From the NCBI GenBank assembly GCA_030265395.1, contig JARFYF010000022.1:45801935-45865934 (forward strand): DNA of 64,000 bases, read 5' to 3'. Source of the stretch: Rhina ancylostomus. Taxonomy: Eukaryota. Made by a program: the position numbers and the translations under genes. The notes below the pieces were generated by a model. The model was not told the DNA's origin. It saw nothing but the letters and a program-made list of their open reading frames with translations, and made no database searches. Below, piece after piece: positions 1 to 11,534 of this stretch (positions are counted from its first letter, which is position 1; the number at the start of each line of letters is the position of its first letter).

Positions 1-566
1 TTTTGCTTCTAGATAACGATTTGAAATCAGGCAATTTCAATTTTCAATATTTTCCCTGAAAACATTGATCAAACTGCAGTTTGAAGAAATATATTCACGT
101 GGAGCAGAAAAATAATCTTATTCATAACTCTTCATAATGGCAGGCCTGGAAATTCTGCCTCCCCTTTAACACCACCTGCAGGCTTATGCAAACTGTCATT
201 TCAGAATGAAACAGAATTTGCTTCAGCTCTCCCTGACAGCTGAAACTTGAATCTAAATTATAAATAATTGGCACACAATTGTGTTTATCAACTAGCTAAC
301 ATAAAAAAAATCCAATTCAGACATTTAGATATTCAGATATTATAGTGCACTACTGTCACTCAAACAAAATGCCCAGAAGCATTCAATATGTGAGTTTATT
401 CTTTCCGGGGATGAGGTCAGGATTGTGCATATCAGAAATGCCTTTGGAGGATATTAATCCCTCTCAGAAATGCAGTGCTGTATGGTGGATATTCAGTAAT
501 AAATTTTTAAAAAGTAAGACTCTGTCTGAAGATTTTCCTGAGCAGACAGAAGGAAACCACTGAACT

Positions 567-815
567 TAGAACATAGAACAGTACAGTACAAGAACAGGCC
601 CTTTGGCCCACCATGTCTGTACCAACCATGATACCGATCTAAACTAACCCCATCTGCCTGCACATGGTCTGTATCCCTTTATTCTCTGCTTGTTTATACG
701 TCGGTCTAAATGCCTCATAAACATTCATATCTGCTTCTACCACCTCCTCTGGCAGCACGTACTGGGCACCTACTGCCCTCTGTATAAAAAAAACTTGCCT
801 TGCACATCTCCTTTA
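567..815 (-). mobile_element. CR1/HER1-type LINE 3' end fragment
   Basis: Starts tagaacatagaacagtacag...aacaggccc, the reverse complement of the CR1/HE1 3' tail seen many times in this window. Confidence 0.75.
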
Positions 816-1871
816 AGTGGTTTTGAACTGTGACAGGTACAATCCTGCACATGACTGTGCAAGTGTCTGTGTACACATATGTGTTTATGCATATTCATTA
901 CAGCACAGATGGACACAATCGCATGCTGGCTCTTCATAAAGCAACCTCATCAGTGCCATTCCCCTGCTTTTTTTTTACTTACACCTTCTGATACATGTAC
1001 ACCTCACATTCATGAAACAAAAATTAAAAAAATATATAAAACCATACAAGTTAATGAAGATTGCCTATTCATGCATTGAAGAATTTAGCTTGTATTAAGA
1101 ACCTATTGATTTTATGGAACTAATCTGGCAGAAACATATTTGACTTCCTTCTGGTTGCTGCAAATGTCAAGGTCAAAAGTGCTGAATTACGTAGTAATTA
1201 TTAAAGCTTCATTTGAGGAAGTGGCTGCCTAAACGTACAGAGCCGGACCTTTCAATGACCAGCAAGTGGCCCAAACTTGCCAGTTGCTTGTTCTCGTTCC
1301 AGCGTGGTCCCAGGTGCAGTTCTGCTGACGAGAGGCCGGTTCCCAGCTGATTGGTGAGGCCCGGTGCAGGGCCCGCCTGATCACAAATGGCTGGTTCTGC
1401 CCCTGACAACTGAGAGACCCAACTTTCTGGTTCACCACCTGTCAATACTCTCAAATGCAAGAGTGCTGTGGAAAGCATTATAACAATGTCGATTTTATTG
1501 TCTATGTCTCACACCAGACTCTTAAACCTCATAGCCCTGCTTTTTTGCTAATCCTTGTAATATTTCTTAAGCTGAAATGGCATTGAAATGTTCAATGGTC
1601 AATCCTAAATAATCGTTTGTTTTAAAGAAATGAGTGTTAAGACCATTTGGTGATCCTTGCCTTGCGTAAGTGGGTGAGTTTTAAATAAACTTTAGCTGAA
1701 GGGAGGTGGTAAGATGGCTGCACCAATCTCCATCAGGATGAACCACTGGTGGAGCAAGTGAACTTACTCTGGAAATACGAACCCTGCAACCGAAGGAGAA
1801 ATGGTCCTGAAGAATGAATTAGTGAAATAGTAGAATGTACAAAAAAAAGATGGCAAGTACAAATGCAAATA

Positions 1872-2190
1872 TAGTAAAACAACAATCTGTTAGATGACTC
1901 TTCAGATATCTCGATGGTCCAGTGCCTGGCTCAACAGGTAATGTTTCCCATGCTCTCTTGAAACTCACCGGAACCCCAGTTCCCACGTTCCCTTTAAACT
2001 CATCAGACCCCATTTCCCATGAAACTTGCTGGGTTCACTGGAAAATTTGTTATAATATTGAGTAACATCTCAAGGGAGTTAAAAGTGTGTTGGGGTATTA
2101 ATAGAAATAAAACCCAAAAGTCTGGAAAATCTGCCGGTCTGGCACCACTAAAGTCCAGTGTGTGCCAGATTATCAGAACTGTACTGCACT
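1872..2190. mobile_element. Non-autonomous Tc1/mariner-pogo (Tigger-like) DNA element
   Basis: Degenerate TA-CAGTAAAA-type termini; internal gaaaatctgccggtctggcaccac is shared with the copy at about 53780-54060. Confidence 0.45.
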
Positions 2191-3001
2191 ATGAATTGAG
2201 TGGCAATTGATTTACTCCTTGATTGGCCCAGCAGGTAGATGACAAGAGAAGCAAGGGTTAGTGGGTAACAAGTGTTCTGGGAGGGGAAGTCAACGGAAAC
2301 ACTTGTTCCTCATCCCATTTACTAGCCCAAGATAGAAGTTTGCTCCTTTGGATGTCAGGTTAGGACCTGAGCNNNNNNNNNNNNNNNNNNNNNNNNAAAC
2401 AAGTGGTACAGACCATCACGATCTCCTCCATATCAAAAATGCAAGAGCAACTTTAGTGCAGACTGCAAGGACCAAGACATATGTTTGCCTCCCCACTCAA
2501 CACAATGGCAGCAAATGTCCGCTGCCCTGCTGAGCCCTCAGCTTCACGGGGTGCAGCCTCTGGATTTGGTGGCCACCGAATTGCAAGGTTGGCATTCCAG
2601 TTCAGACGAACTGGTGAGTTCCCCTGCAGAAAAGCCTGTAAGCGACAAGAGACTGGGGCAAGGAGGGATGTTAACGTCAGACCAGCTTTGTCAGATCCGC
2701 TCACTCTTGCAAATTGTAAGTCAGATCTAACTTATTTTTGACTGCATGAAGTGAAATAAAACCCAAAGGCCAAAAGAGAGGCTGACTTAAAAGACATGGT
2801 AGAGCTGCTCTTGTCTGCCATCCTGGGATAAAATCCAGCTGCTGGACAAGGGTGAAAAGATTTCTTCGTGTCCAAATCTATAAATCTGCTTACACTGAGA
2901 TTAGCAGGAGCTTTGCTTTGATCAATAAAAAGGTCAGTAGAGATAATTCTCAAATCATTCAGCCTGTAAAAAAGTGATTACAGAGGAACTTGCATCTATT
3001 T

Positions 3002-3052
3002 ACTTACTATTAAAATATGTATAAAAAACTTACTATTAAAATATGTATAAAA
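3002..3052 (+). repeat. Tandem duplication, 26-bp period
   Basis: acttactattaaaatatgtataaaa occurs twice head-to-tail. Confidence 0.9.
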
Positions 3053-4479
3053 CAAAAGCTAATATACAAAGATTTCATCCAGTTCTTCAACACAAAAAGA
3101 ATTGTATGGATAAACACATGCCACAATCCTCAAAAAACTTCTCAAAGTTGGTACCTCAATATTTTTGTACTCTATTATAAATTAAACAAATATTACAGAA
3201 AAATGTTAATATGCTGACAAGTAGATAAAAACTAGAAAACTATTTGCGTCGGTTCGAGAACAAAAATGCTCTGTATATGTTCAGAACTGTTGAAACCCTG
3301 TGTGTGAACAGTTCTCTATTGATGTAAGGTGGGTTGGCAAGCACCAGGTGACATGATGTAGCAGGTTCTCAACTGTCCATGCCAGCCCTTATCTCCCATC
3401 TTGTTTTTCTATCCTCCAGGCAAATATTTCACTCCTTCAAAAGAGTTNNNNAGCTGCAATCTTACAAAGTTGTGACTGTTCTCTCCTTTCAGGCCTCTCT
3501 AGCCTGTTCGATCTTGCTCTGTCCCTGTCTCGGGATTCCTTCTTCTTAGTCCTTGCCACACATCCGGTGGTTTACCTGATCACCATAGCAAATCTATAGT
3601 CTTGGCCCATTCCCCAATTGTGCAGCTTTCTTTCAAGCTTAGCAATGGTTTGCATCTGGGATTGCAAGCCCACCTTTTCTTCAAACTCCTGGACCACCTT
3701 GGTTGATACTCCCCTCAAGCTCTCCAGCAGACATAAGCTCAGAAAACGTGCACCACAATGGTGCTGCATGAAGGACCTATGTCAGTTTGTCCTAACGACA
3801 TTTACCTCATCCATTTATTTCATGAAAAGCATACTTGCAATTCAGAGGGGCCAACTGCTGTATCTAGCAAACATTAGGAATGATTAATTTCAGGAGTTAT
3901 GCACACCTAATGCAGCTAACTGACGGTGTAGGGGACATTAACACTGAATCCAACCCACAGCTAGGGGGTATTGCCAAGAGCAATAAAAGCACAAACACAG
4001 AAACAGGATTTATTCCAGTAAGCCTCAAAATCCTGGTGGAATACCCGCAAGGATTTCCATGTTAAGGAAGCCTCAGTGGGTGGAGTAAAAACAGAAAATG
4101 CTGGAAAAGGTCAGCAGGTCAGACAGCATCTGTGGAAATATTCAACAGTTTGGGTCTGTGACCCTTTGTCTTGCTCCCTCAGTGGGTAGAGATGGTCTGA
4201 GAGATATGTGCTTAGTGATGCCCCAAGGCCCTGATCCGAGTGCCACGTAGATCGAATAGCTTCAAACCCAGGGACTGGTGGTATGATTTTAACCTGTCAC
4301 TTAAAATTCCGAGTCCATATTGGTGGCAAGATCTTGTTACGTCCAGACATACACTGTCCCGTTGCTTGTGCCTGAAGCCCCCAAGTGGACTGCAGACTTA
4401 TAAGGCATGCCCTGACATCAAATCCAGGCGAGGAATTTCTTCATTGTAGTCTGCTCCCATCCTCATTCTCCCCTTCTAG

Positions 4480-5040
4480 TTGCTGCACATCAGGCAAATG
4501 TTGTATCTTCAGGGTGGCCGGGTTATAGACCATGGAGAAGATGTGTACTCTTTGTTAAGGTTCACAGAGTAGATCCCGAGTGATCCAGACAGCAGCATCT
4601 TGTGTTGGGGATATTAGTGTACTTTTCCTGCAGTTCCCACAGGTCCCATGGATGTCATTGTAAACTTGCCCTCCAGCACAGCCAAGAGCCTGGATTGGAG
4701 TTAGGAGCCAAGGATAGAAGGGACAGGCCTTTATGCCTGTATCCCTCAAAAATCTTCTTTCTATTTTACACTGCAGATGAAAGACAGTGAAGTACATCAG
4801 AGGCAGAATGTGTCAGAGCCACATATAAAAATAAGGATCTTCTGTTGACTGTCAACTCCATCTGCATGCTCAGGAAGTGATAACCTTTGTGGTTCGTGAA
4901 GAGCATCAGATCCACATGCAGAGATTACATCCCCTCTACTTGGATAATGCACATCTGCAACAGTCTGTATGCTGTTGCTGCTTTTAATGACCCAGAAACT
5001 AGGTAGCTCAGAATAACAACATCTAAGTAACAATGTCGTT
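4480..5040 (-). mobile_element. Decayed PIF/Harbinger transposase (HARBI1/DDE_Tnp_4-like) remnant
   Basis: Motifs in the expected order across frameshifts: YLVSGSLKAATA (~FFASGSFQ), FTNHKGYHFLSMQM (~FxNRKGxHSxNVQ), YPWLLTP...YNDIH, RCCCLDHSG (~RFRCLDRSG). Confidence 0.75.
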
Positions 5041-5760
5041 CTTCCTCATAGACAGAGCAGAACAAGCTTGGACACCAGGCTGGGGTTGCACCTGCAGGTG
5101 ATGGATTCATGACTCCTAAAAGGCAGTTGAGGGATGTTCGCTCCTAGCCACATCCCTCTGCCCTTCCTCCTGTGAACTCCTTGGGTAAAACAACCTTGGC
5201 TCTGACTCCATTATTCCTGCTCCATGTTGTGCAGAATATCCAATGGGGCCCCTAAAGAATCTGACAAGCAGCAACTAAAGGCACTCAGACTCGGAGGTCA
5301 TGGACGAATTTTGATGCTCAACTAGAATCATATGGCCCTTAAAAGAATATTCACTTCTTGACTATTAATTGCATTTACCTTTTTTAAACAGCATTCCAAT
5401 TTTACATACTGCCTTTTACAATCATATTAGCAACATTCCTTATGGAACTTACAGAAAACAATTCAGGAGCAATGCTTCAGGATAATTACTTTGGTTCAAG
5501 TTCAAGTAACAATTTCTTGACTTAACCTTCTTTCACTGGCAAATGACTTGCAAAATTATTTCTCAGCAGGATATTGTATTGATTATAGCTTTCCAACATT
5601 TAAACACGCACTACAGTACACATTCAACTGCTCTCCTCCATTCATCAGCATAATTTACCATTCACTGTAACAATGGGTATGAGCAGTCTGCGTCGGGCTC
5701 AACCAGGTTAACAAAAATCCAGCAATTTGTATATTAACCTGATCATGAATTCGTACTTAC

Positions 5761-5859
5761 TCTTTTGTGAAGATTCCCCGAGGTCCGGTTGGGGGAGTGC
5801 TGCCTCGTTCAAGCCCGTGTGTTTGCAGGATCTGGCGAGCAGCTGGACTTAAACGAACT
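5761..5859 (-). CDS. PDHX: PDHX internal exon (human exon 5 equivalent); E3-binding (peripheral subunit-binding) domain
   Basis: ttccctttattcctcaag|AGTTCGT...ACAAAAGA|gtaagt; 99 bp, phase 2/2; encodes [41 protein letters not shown] identifies E3BP rather than DLAT. Not in the ORF track; read directly from sequence. Confidence 0.96.
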
Positions 5860-5934
5860 CTTGAGGAATAAAGGGAAAGACAAAGAAATGTCACGATAAT
5901 CTTGGCTGACATTCCAGGACAGAACTAAAGGACA

Positions 5935-6240
5935 GCTATCCTGCTGGAGGTTTGTTCTACCAATGTCTCTTTTTGGGAGAGACATTAAACTGAGATCCTG
6001 TCTATTCCCTTGGGTTGTGTGAAAGGACTCATTACACTGTGTCATAGATGAACTGGTGAGCTCTCCTCTCAGACAACATTTATCCCTTTGTGCCTTCTCT
6101 AAAGCCCTGGTAAATTCATGGGCCATTTTCGCATTCCTACTTGTGAGAGCTTGCTGCACGTAATTTGATGCATTTCCCACATTGTAAGAGTGACCACACA
6201 AAGAGTGTCTATTCTTAAATCATATTCTGGCTGTAAAGTC
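5935..6240 (+). mobile_element. DeuSINE (SacSINE1/AmnSINE1-like) remnant filling most of PDHX intron 4
   Basis: gagacattaaactgag...aacatttatccct...ttgtgagagcttgctgc...tggctgtaaag matches the recalled Deu-domain consensus and the other copies in this window. Confidence 0.65.
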
Positions 6241-6336
6241 TCAAAAATCAGCTGAACGGAAAGTAATTTCATTTCATTGTAAGTTATAACGTATTGGACA
6301 GCATGCATAATGCTGTCTTGGTTTCTGCACACTTAC

Positions 6337-6536
6337 TCGCCGATGCCAGCTGAATGCTGTGCTTTGCTAGAGATGGATGTCAGATCTGCTGCTGGTTCCT
6401 TTGGTGCAGGTGCAGTTTGGGCGGGCATTGGAGGATGTACTTGAGTGGGAATTTCAACTTGTTTCCAGTCTTCACCTTCAGCCACCAGCAAAGCAATCAA
6501 GGATCCTAAAGTGACATCTTTGGTTCCTTCCTCCAC
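6337..6536 (-). CDS. PDHX: PDHX internal exon (human exon 4 equivalent); end of lipoyl domain plus Pro/Ala-rich hinge
   Basis: tgtgtatctccag|GTGGAGGAA...GGCGA|gtaagt; 200 bp, phase 0/2; encodes [30 protein letters not shown] followed by a P/A-rich linker; GEDWK is E3BP-like. Confidence 0.96.
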
Positions 6537-6719
6537 CTGGAGATACACAGATGAAATGTTTTAATGTGGACTGAAAGTCCCATTGTCAATTACAGTCAAA
6601 AGTGAAGCTTCATCTGTTGTATGTTGCCTAAAGCAAGTGATAGTCATAAACCAATGTCCCACACATTTCACCCAAAATTTCCCTCAGCTTTCACCTCATT
6701 CAACAGCGACTGAAATTGC

Positions 6720-6868
6720 TGACACCCGAAATTCTGCAGCTGCTGGAATCTGGAGCAATAATCAAAGAGTGCCAGAGGAACTCAGCGGGTCAAACAGCAT
6801 CCACTGAGGGAAATATACAGTCGACGTTTCGGGCCAAGACCCTTCATCAGGTATGGAAAGGAAGAGGG
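6720..6868 (-). mobile_element. Penelope-like element terminal repeat with minimal hammerhead motif; runs into an N gap
   Basis: Minus strand CTGATGA-AGGGTCTTGGCCC-GAAAC-GTC-GACTG (6850-6818), then gatgctgtttgacccgctgagttcctc, a terminus shared with other Penelope-type copies here. Confidence 0.8.
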
Positions 6869-7364
6869 NNNNNNNNNNNNNNNNNNNNNNNNNNNNNNNN
6901 NNNNNNNNNNNNNNNNNNNNNNNNNNNNNNNNNNNNNNNNNNNNNNNNNNNNNNNNNNNNNNNNNNNNNNNNNNNNNNNNNNNNNNNNNNNNNNNNNNNN
7001 NNNNNNNNNNNNNNNNNNNNNNNNNNNNNNNNNNNNNNNNNNNNNNNNNNNNNNNNNNNNNNNNNNNNNNNNNNNNNNNNNNNNNNNNNNNNNNNNNNNN
7101 NNNNNNNNNNNNNNNNNNNNNNNNNNNNNNNNNNNNNNNNNNNNNNNNNNNNNNNNNNNNNNNNNNNNNNNNNTGGGGGGGGTTGGAGGAGAAAAAGAAG
7201 TCGCTGAAATCGCTGTTGCCCTGGTTCTGTCAACTACTCCACACTAAGCCCACCAGCTAACTTGTTCAGCTCATACCCTGCTCTGCAAAAATCTGCCAGT
7301 TAAAACACTTTTTGGCAGAATGGGGCAAAAACTAACCTGAAGGGCTGCTTTACTCCCACAAGAT

Positions 7365-7525
7365 GAATCAGAATTATTATCACTGACTTATATGATGTGC
7401 AATTTGTTGTTTTGCGGCAGCAGTACGGTGCAAAGACATAAAGTCACTATACATTACAAGATAAAAAACAGTGCAAAATAAAGAGGAATAACAAAATAGT
7501 GTTCATGGACCATTCAGAAACCTGA
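7365..7525 (-). mobile_element. Rex1/Babar LINE 3' end
   Basis: Reverse complement of the tail of the RT-bearing copy at 48415-49512 (gtgataataa...ctgattc). Confidence 0.75.
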
Positions 7526-9609
7526 TTAAAACTGAAGGGAAAATCTCACAGGGCAACATTCTTTGTAATTGCTCTGGATTTTCTGTACTCCCAGGTCAAG
7601 TCACTCACCTTGCTGCTCCTCAACATGCTGCCGAAAACCTACTGATTCTGCTTCAGAAAAACAATCAGTCCTTTGCAAATGACACGCAATCACTAAGTCC
7701 ATCAGGTGGGCCAGTTAATTTTGAAAGCCTTCAGTTGGTAATTCATGCTAAAAACTATGGAAGACAGTAGCCAGAGCAGCAATCATGATTAAAAGGTTAG
7801 AAATCTATTAAATGGATTAACTTGAATCTTTCTCAGTGAAAAAAATTATAATCATTTCATTACTAACTTAGTGGTCTGAAATATATATTTAAAAGACTAA
7901 TGATGAGATTAAAAAGGAACTTCGGGGCTCAGCATTTGATTATGAAGAAAAGGGCATGTATTTTTTTTTGCCCTGCCAACGATTTGGAAGGAAATGTTAG
8001 CAGGAGGACAGACGGAAGAAATGGGAGTGAGAAAAAAGGAGCAAAATTGTTAGCTTTTGTGTTTAATTCCTTTGTATGGGCTCAGTTCTTTGTGGGAGTT
8101 CTGCATTAATTGAGAGGTTTGCGGTAAACCCTCACAACAATCAGTATTCACGTATCACTAACTACTACTTTAGTTGACTTGCAATCTGGCTCTCCATTCC
8201 TTCAGCTCCTGCCAGCTGTCCTCCCATTTCTGTCACTGCTGCTCTCAATACCGTTGGCATTCTTTGCCACAATTGCTTTGCTTCTGCTCCCACGACCTGG
8301 GGAAGCAGGGTTGAGCTGAGCCGAGTTCTCCCCTGCTGTAGGAGGTGGGGGCTGCAGGTTGGTTGCCGGGTGAGCTGGAGTGGTGTGATTTTTAACTGGC
8401 TCAGTTGACTGCACTGGTAACCACATGAGCAAGTTACCTAATGTGGAATACAGAACACGCAGTTCTCAGTACCTGCCAAACTAAAATTACTCATCTATTT
8501 TTCTGAGGAATGCTGGTCCTTCACTTTAAAGTCCTCCGAGCTGTCCCTGCTCTAATTCTGCACTGACACGCTGCTGCAGAGACTGTTATTCACCATTGCC
8601 TTGACATTTCCAAATCTCATCCACTGAACAACAACTGTATTCATGACCTTTGATGCAGAATTTTTGAAGCTTGGGAAGAAAACTGTGAAATAATGGATAA
8701 CTTTGCCGAGTAAACCTTGCCCTGCCATATCAAGCTGCACAGAACTACACTTGTGTCTGAATACAGATACAAGGCCAGAGTTTCAAAAGATGTTTTGATT
8801 AAATATTCGCTTGAAACATTCAAACAATTGTCTCTTGGAAGAAAATAAACGGCACCCTAATATTTCCAGAGTGACACCATTCTGCCGGAGAAGCGCTGCT
8901 GCAAATAAAAACACTCCAAATGTTGGACAAGACTGGGTTAAACTTTGAATGCAGATATTTCATTACTAAATCAAAAAATCTATAGTTAAAATGCTGGTGG
9001 AACTGCTGTGCACCTCCAGTGTTTTCAATTTTTACCGTAGGCATAATTATGACAAATCCTACAACTAGTCTGAGGACAAGTTATTGGCCATGGATAACAA
9101 TTCCTATAACATGCAGACTTTGAAAGAGATTTTGGATTTGTTTACTGCAGTCTGCCTAACCAGCAATTCAATCTGATCTCAAATGAACAATTACAGCATA
9201 ATTAGTTGATATGTTAAGTATTTAATAATTGCCACCAAGTCAGCGTTAGATTTTAAACAATGTCAGCATTCATAAACTAAATTGCCACCTTGGATGTGTT
9301 AATATGGTGATGAAGTTTGACAATGCCTGTTGGATGTAATTTGGTAAATACCTTGCCAAAAATTACAAGTAAAGAGCAGAGAAGTGGGATGAATTGGATA
9401 GTTCTTTCACAGCCCAGATGCCCATCTTCTGTGCTGGCCAGCACACAATACAATTTACAGTTATAGAAATCTTTTACATGAAAATCTGATCTTACATACA
9501 GTTTTCTCCAAAATCCTCCTCTCATCAGATAGACACCCTGATTCATGACCTTTTTTCAAAGGAAAATCTGATCTTGGGACGTGGATGAAACTGGCAAAGC
9601 TGCATTCAG

Positions 9610-10497
9610 GAGACACAAGGGATTCTGCGGATGCTAGATTCCCACTCCCATACTGACATGTCCATCCACACCTCCTCTACAGCCACTTTGAGGCCAGACA
9701 TGTTGGAGGAGCACAGTTGTGTAGCGGTTAGTGTAACACTTTACAGCGCTAGAGACCCTGGTTCAATTCCGGCCGCTGTCTGTAAGGAGTTTGTACGTTC
9801 TCCCCGTGTCTGCTTGGGTTTCCTCCAGGTCCTTCGGTTTCCTCCCATATTCCAAAGACGTATGGGTTAGGAAGTTGTGGGCGTGCTATGTTGGCGCCAG
9901 AAGTGTGGCGACGCTTGCGGGCTGCCCCCAGAACACTCGACACAAAAGATGCATTTCACTGTGTGTTTCAACATACATGTGACTGATACAGATCTTATCG
10001 TATTCTGTCTGGTAGTCTCCAACCTGACGGCATCAACATCCATTTCTCTAACTTCTGGTTACCCCTTCCCCTCTGTTTTTCCCGCACTTTGTTTTTCCTC
10101 GTTATTGTGGTCCCTTCACCCCTTCTCTTTCCCCTCCTCCGCCCTCATGACCTGCCTATGGGCTCCTCACCTCCTTCCTTTTCTTCCCTTTATTCCATGG
10201 TCTACTGCCCCTCCTATCAGATTTTCTTCTCTAGCCCTTTGCCTCTTCCACCTATCACCTCCCAGCTTCTCACATCATTCCTTTTCACCCCCCTTCTGCC
10301 ACCCACCTACCTTCCCCCTCTCACCTGGACTCACCTTTCACCTGCCAGCTTGTGCTCCTCCCCCTCCCCTTTTATTCTGGCTTCTGCCCTCTTCCTTTCC
10401 AGTCCCGATGAAGGGTCTCGACCCAAAATGTTGACTGTTTATTTCCCTCCATGGATGCCGCCTGACCTGCTGAGTTCCTCCAGCATTTTATGTGTTA
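9610..10497 (+). mobile_element. Penelope-like element 3' fragment interrupted by a V-SINE
   Basis: C-terminal ORF remnant split by the SINE (ttggagga before it; gtagtctccaacctgacggcatcaacatc, ~SLQPDGINI, after it), a pyrimidine-rich tract, then a degenerate hammerhead at 10400-10437. Confidence 0.75.
9710..9999 (+). mobile_element. tRNA-derived V-SINE with Rex1/Babar-like tail
   Basis: A-box-like gtagcggttag, B-box ggttcaattcc (9760-9770), V-domain ggagtttgtacgttctccccgtg...ggtttcctccca; close copies at 11535 and 42662. Confidence 0.9.
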
Positions 10498-11534
10498 AGC
10501 TGCATTCATGCACTTCTCTATCTTTCTGGGAATTTTGAGATTGGATATTTGTTTTATAAAACATGTGCAAAACATATGGTGTGATACTGAAGACACCTGT
10601 AGGGGAGACTTATTTTCCTTCTCCAAGCTAGTTGGTTACCTAGCACCCCACAACTTTCCTGTTTCCCATATTAGCAGATTCATGAGAGTGAAAGTTCCTA
10701 TTTACGATGGAAGTATCTTGAATTTCATTCAACTACAGTTCATTTCTATGGAATATGAAGCCGTTTATTTTTAATCCAGAAAAAACTGTTTCTGTCATCA
10801 CAGCGAAGTGTGATGTTGTTTAAGTTACAGTATCAAGCTGGCTGGGTATTTGATACTGCCCTGACTCTTTCCCATTCAAATATGCAGAAATTAATTACCC
10901 ACAGGCAAGTGATTTTTGTGCGCAATAGTTGTGCGATAACCGATGGCTCTGTGCATAGCTAGGCATACAAATAAGCAGTGCAGTCACTGACAGTGAGAGC
11001 AAATTTGAAACAGACAAAATATATCAACGCTATTGTTAGATCAGAACAAAACAGACTTGCTGACTGTTGAGATACAGGATGGGCATAAGCAGAGAAGAAA
11101 AGGACACGGGAAGAAAGATGATATATCACCCCAAACTGTGGTAATTATCTTCTGCATTTTGCAGTGTTCCTTAATGAAGTTAAAACTGAAGTACTGAAAC
11201 TGGAAAACTTCTGCCTCTCGTGAGTCAACAGCTACTGTTCCTTTACTGGGGAAAGGGTGAAGCTTCTGTGTTTTTAACCTGTGGTCATTACACTTTAATG
11301 AAATTGTCTCTGATGTTTTACATGGAGATGAATTGATGAGTCACGTGACCTCTTCAATGCATGCTTTAGCATCTATTTAACGCTTAAGATTACCTACAAA
11401 GAACAGCATCATTTCAACTTCCTCACTGTGTCCTCCAAATCTACGTGTGTAAAAAGAAATGGACTGTGATTAAAACTACATACAAACCAATCTTAGTATA
11501 AATAAACATGCATTACTATAACTAAAAATAAGGC

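Noticed and set aside
2732-2963. Acceptor-like ttttttacag in phase with exon 5, opening a frame containing AAGFYPRM; considered as PDHX exon 6
   Set aside because: Lacks the expected DAL start and Pro-rich PPVSxPGQP end, has no in-phase donor that I could find, and runs into a stop; true exon 6 is probably left of the window
8165-8300. Minus frame CGKECQRY*EQQ*QKWEDSWQELKEWRARLQ with two in-frame TGA codons; considered as selenoprotein or pseudogene
   Set aside because: No similarity to a selenoprotein family I know and no SECIS element recognised
9710-9790. tRNA-like A and B boxes
   Set aside because: SINE head, not a tRNA gene; no full cloverleaf and it continues into a V-domain
9877-10538. 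185-aa and 149-aa P/S/L/F-rich ORFs
   Set aside because: Produced by the pyrimidine-rich tract of the Penelope terminus and adjacent SINE
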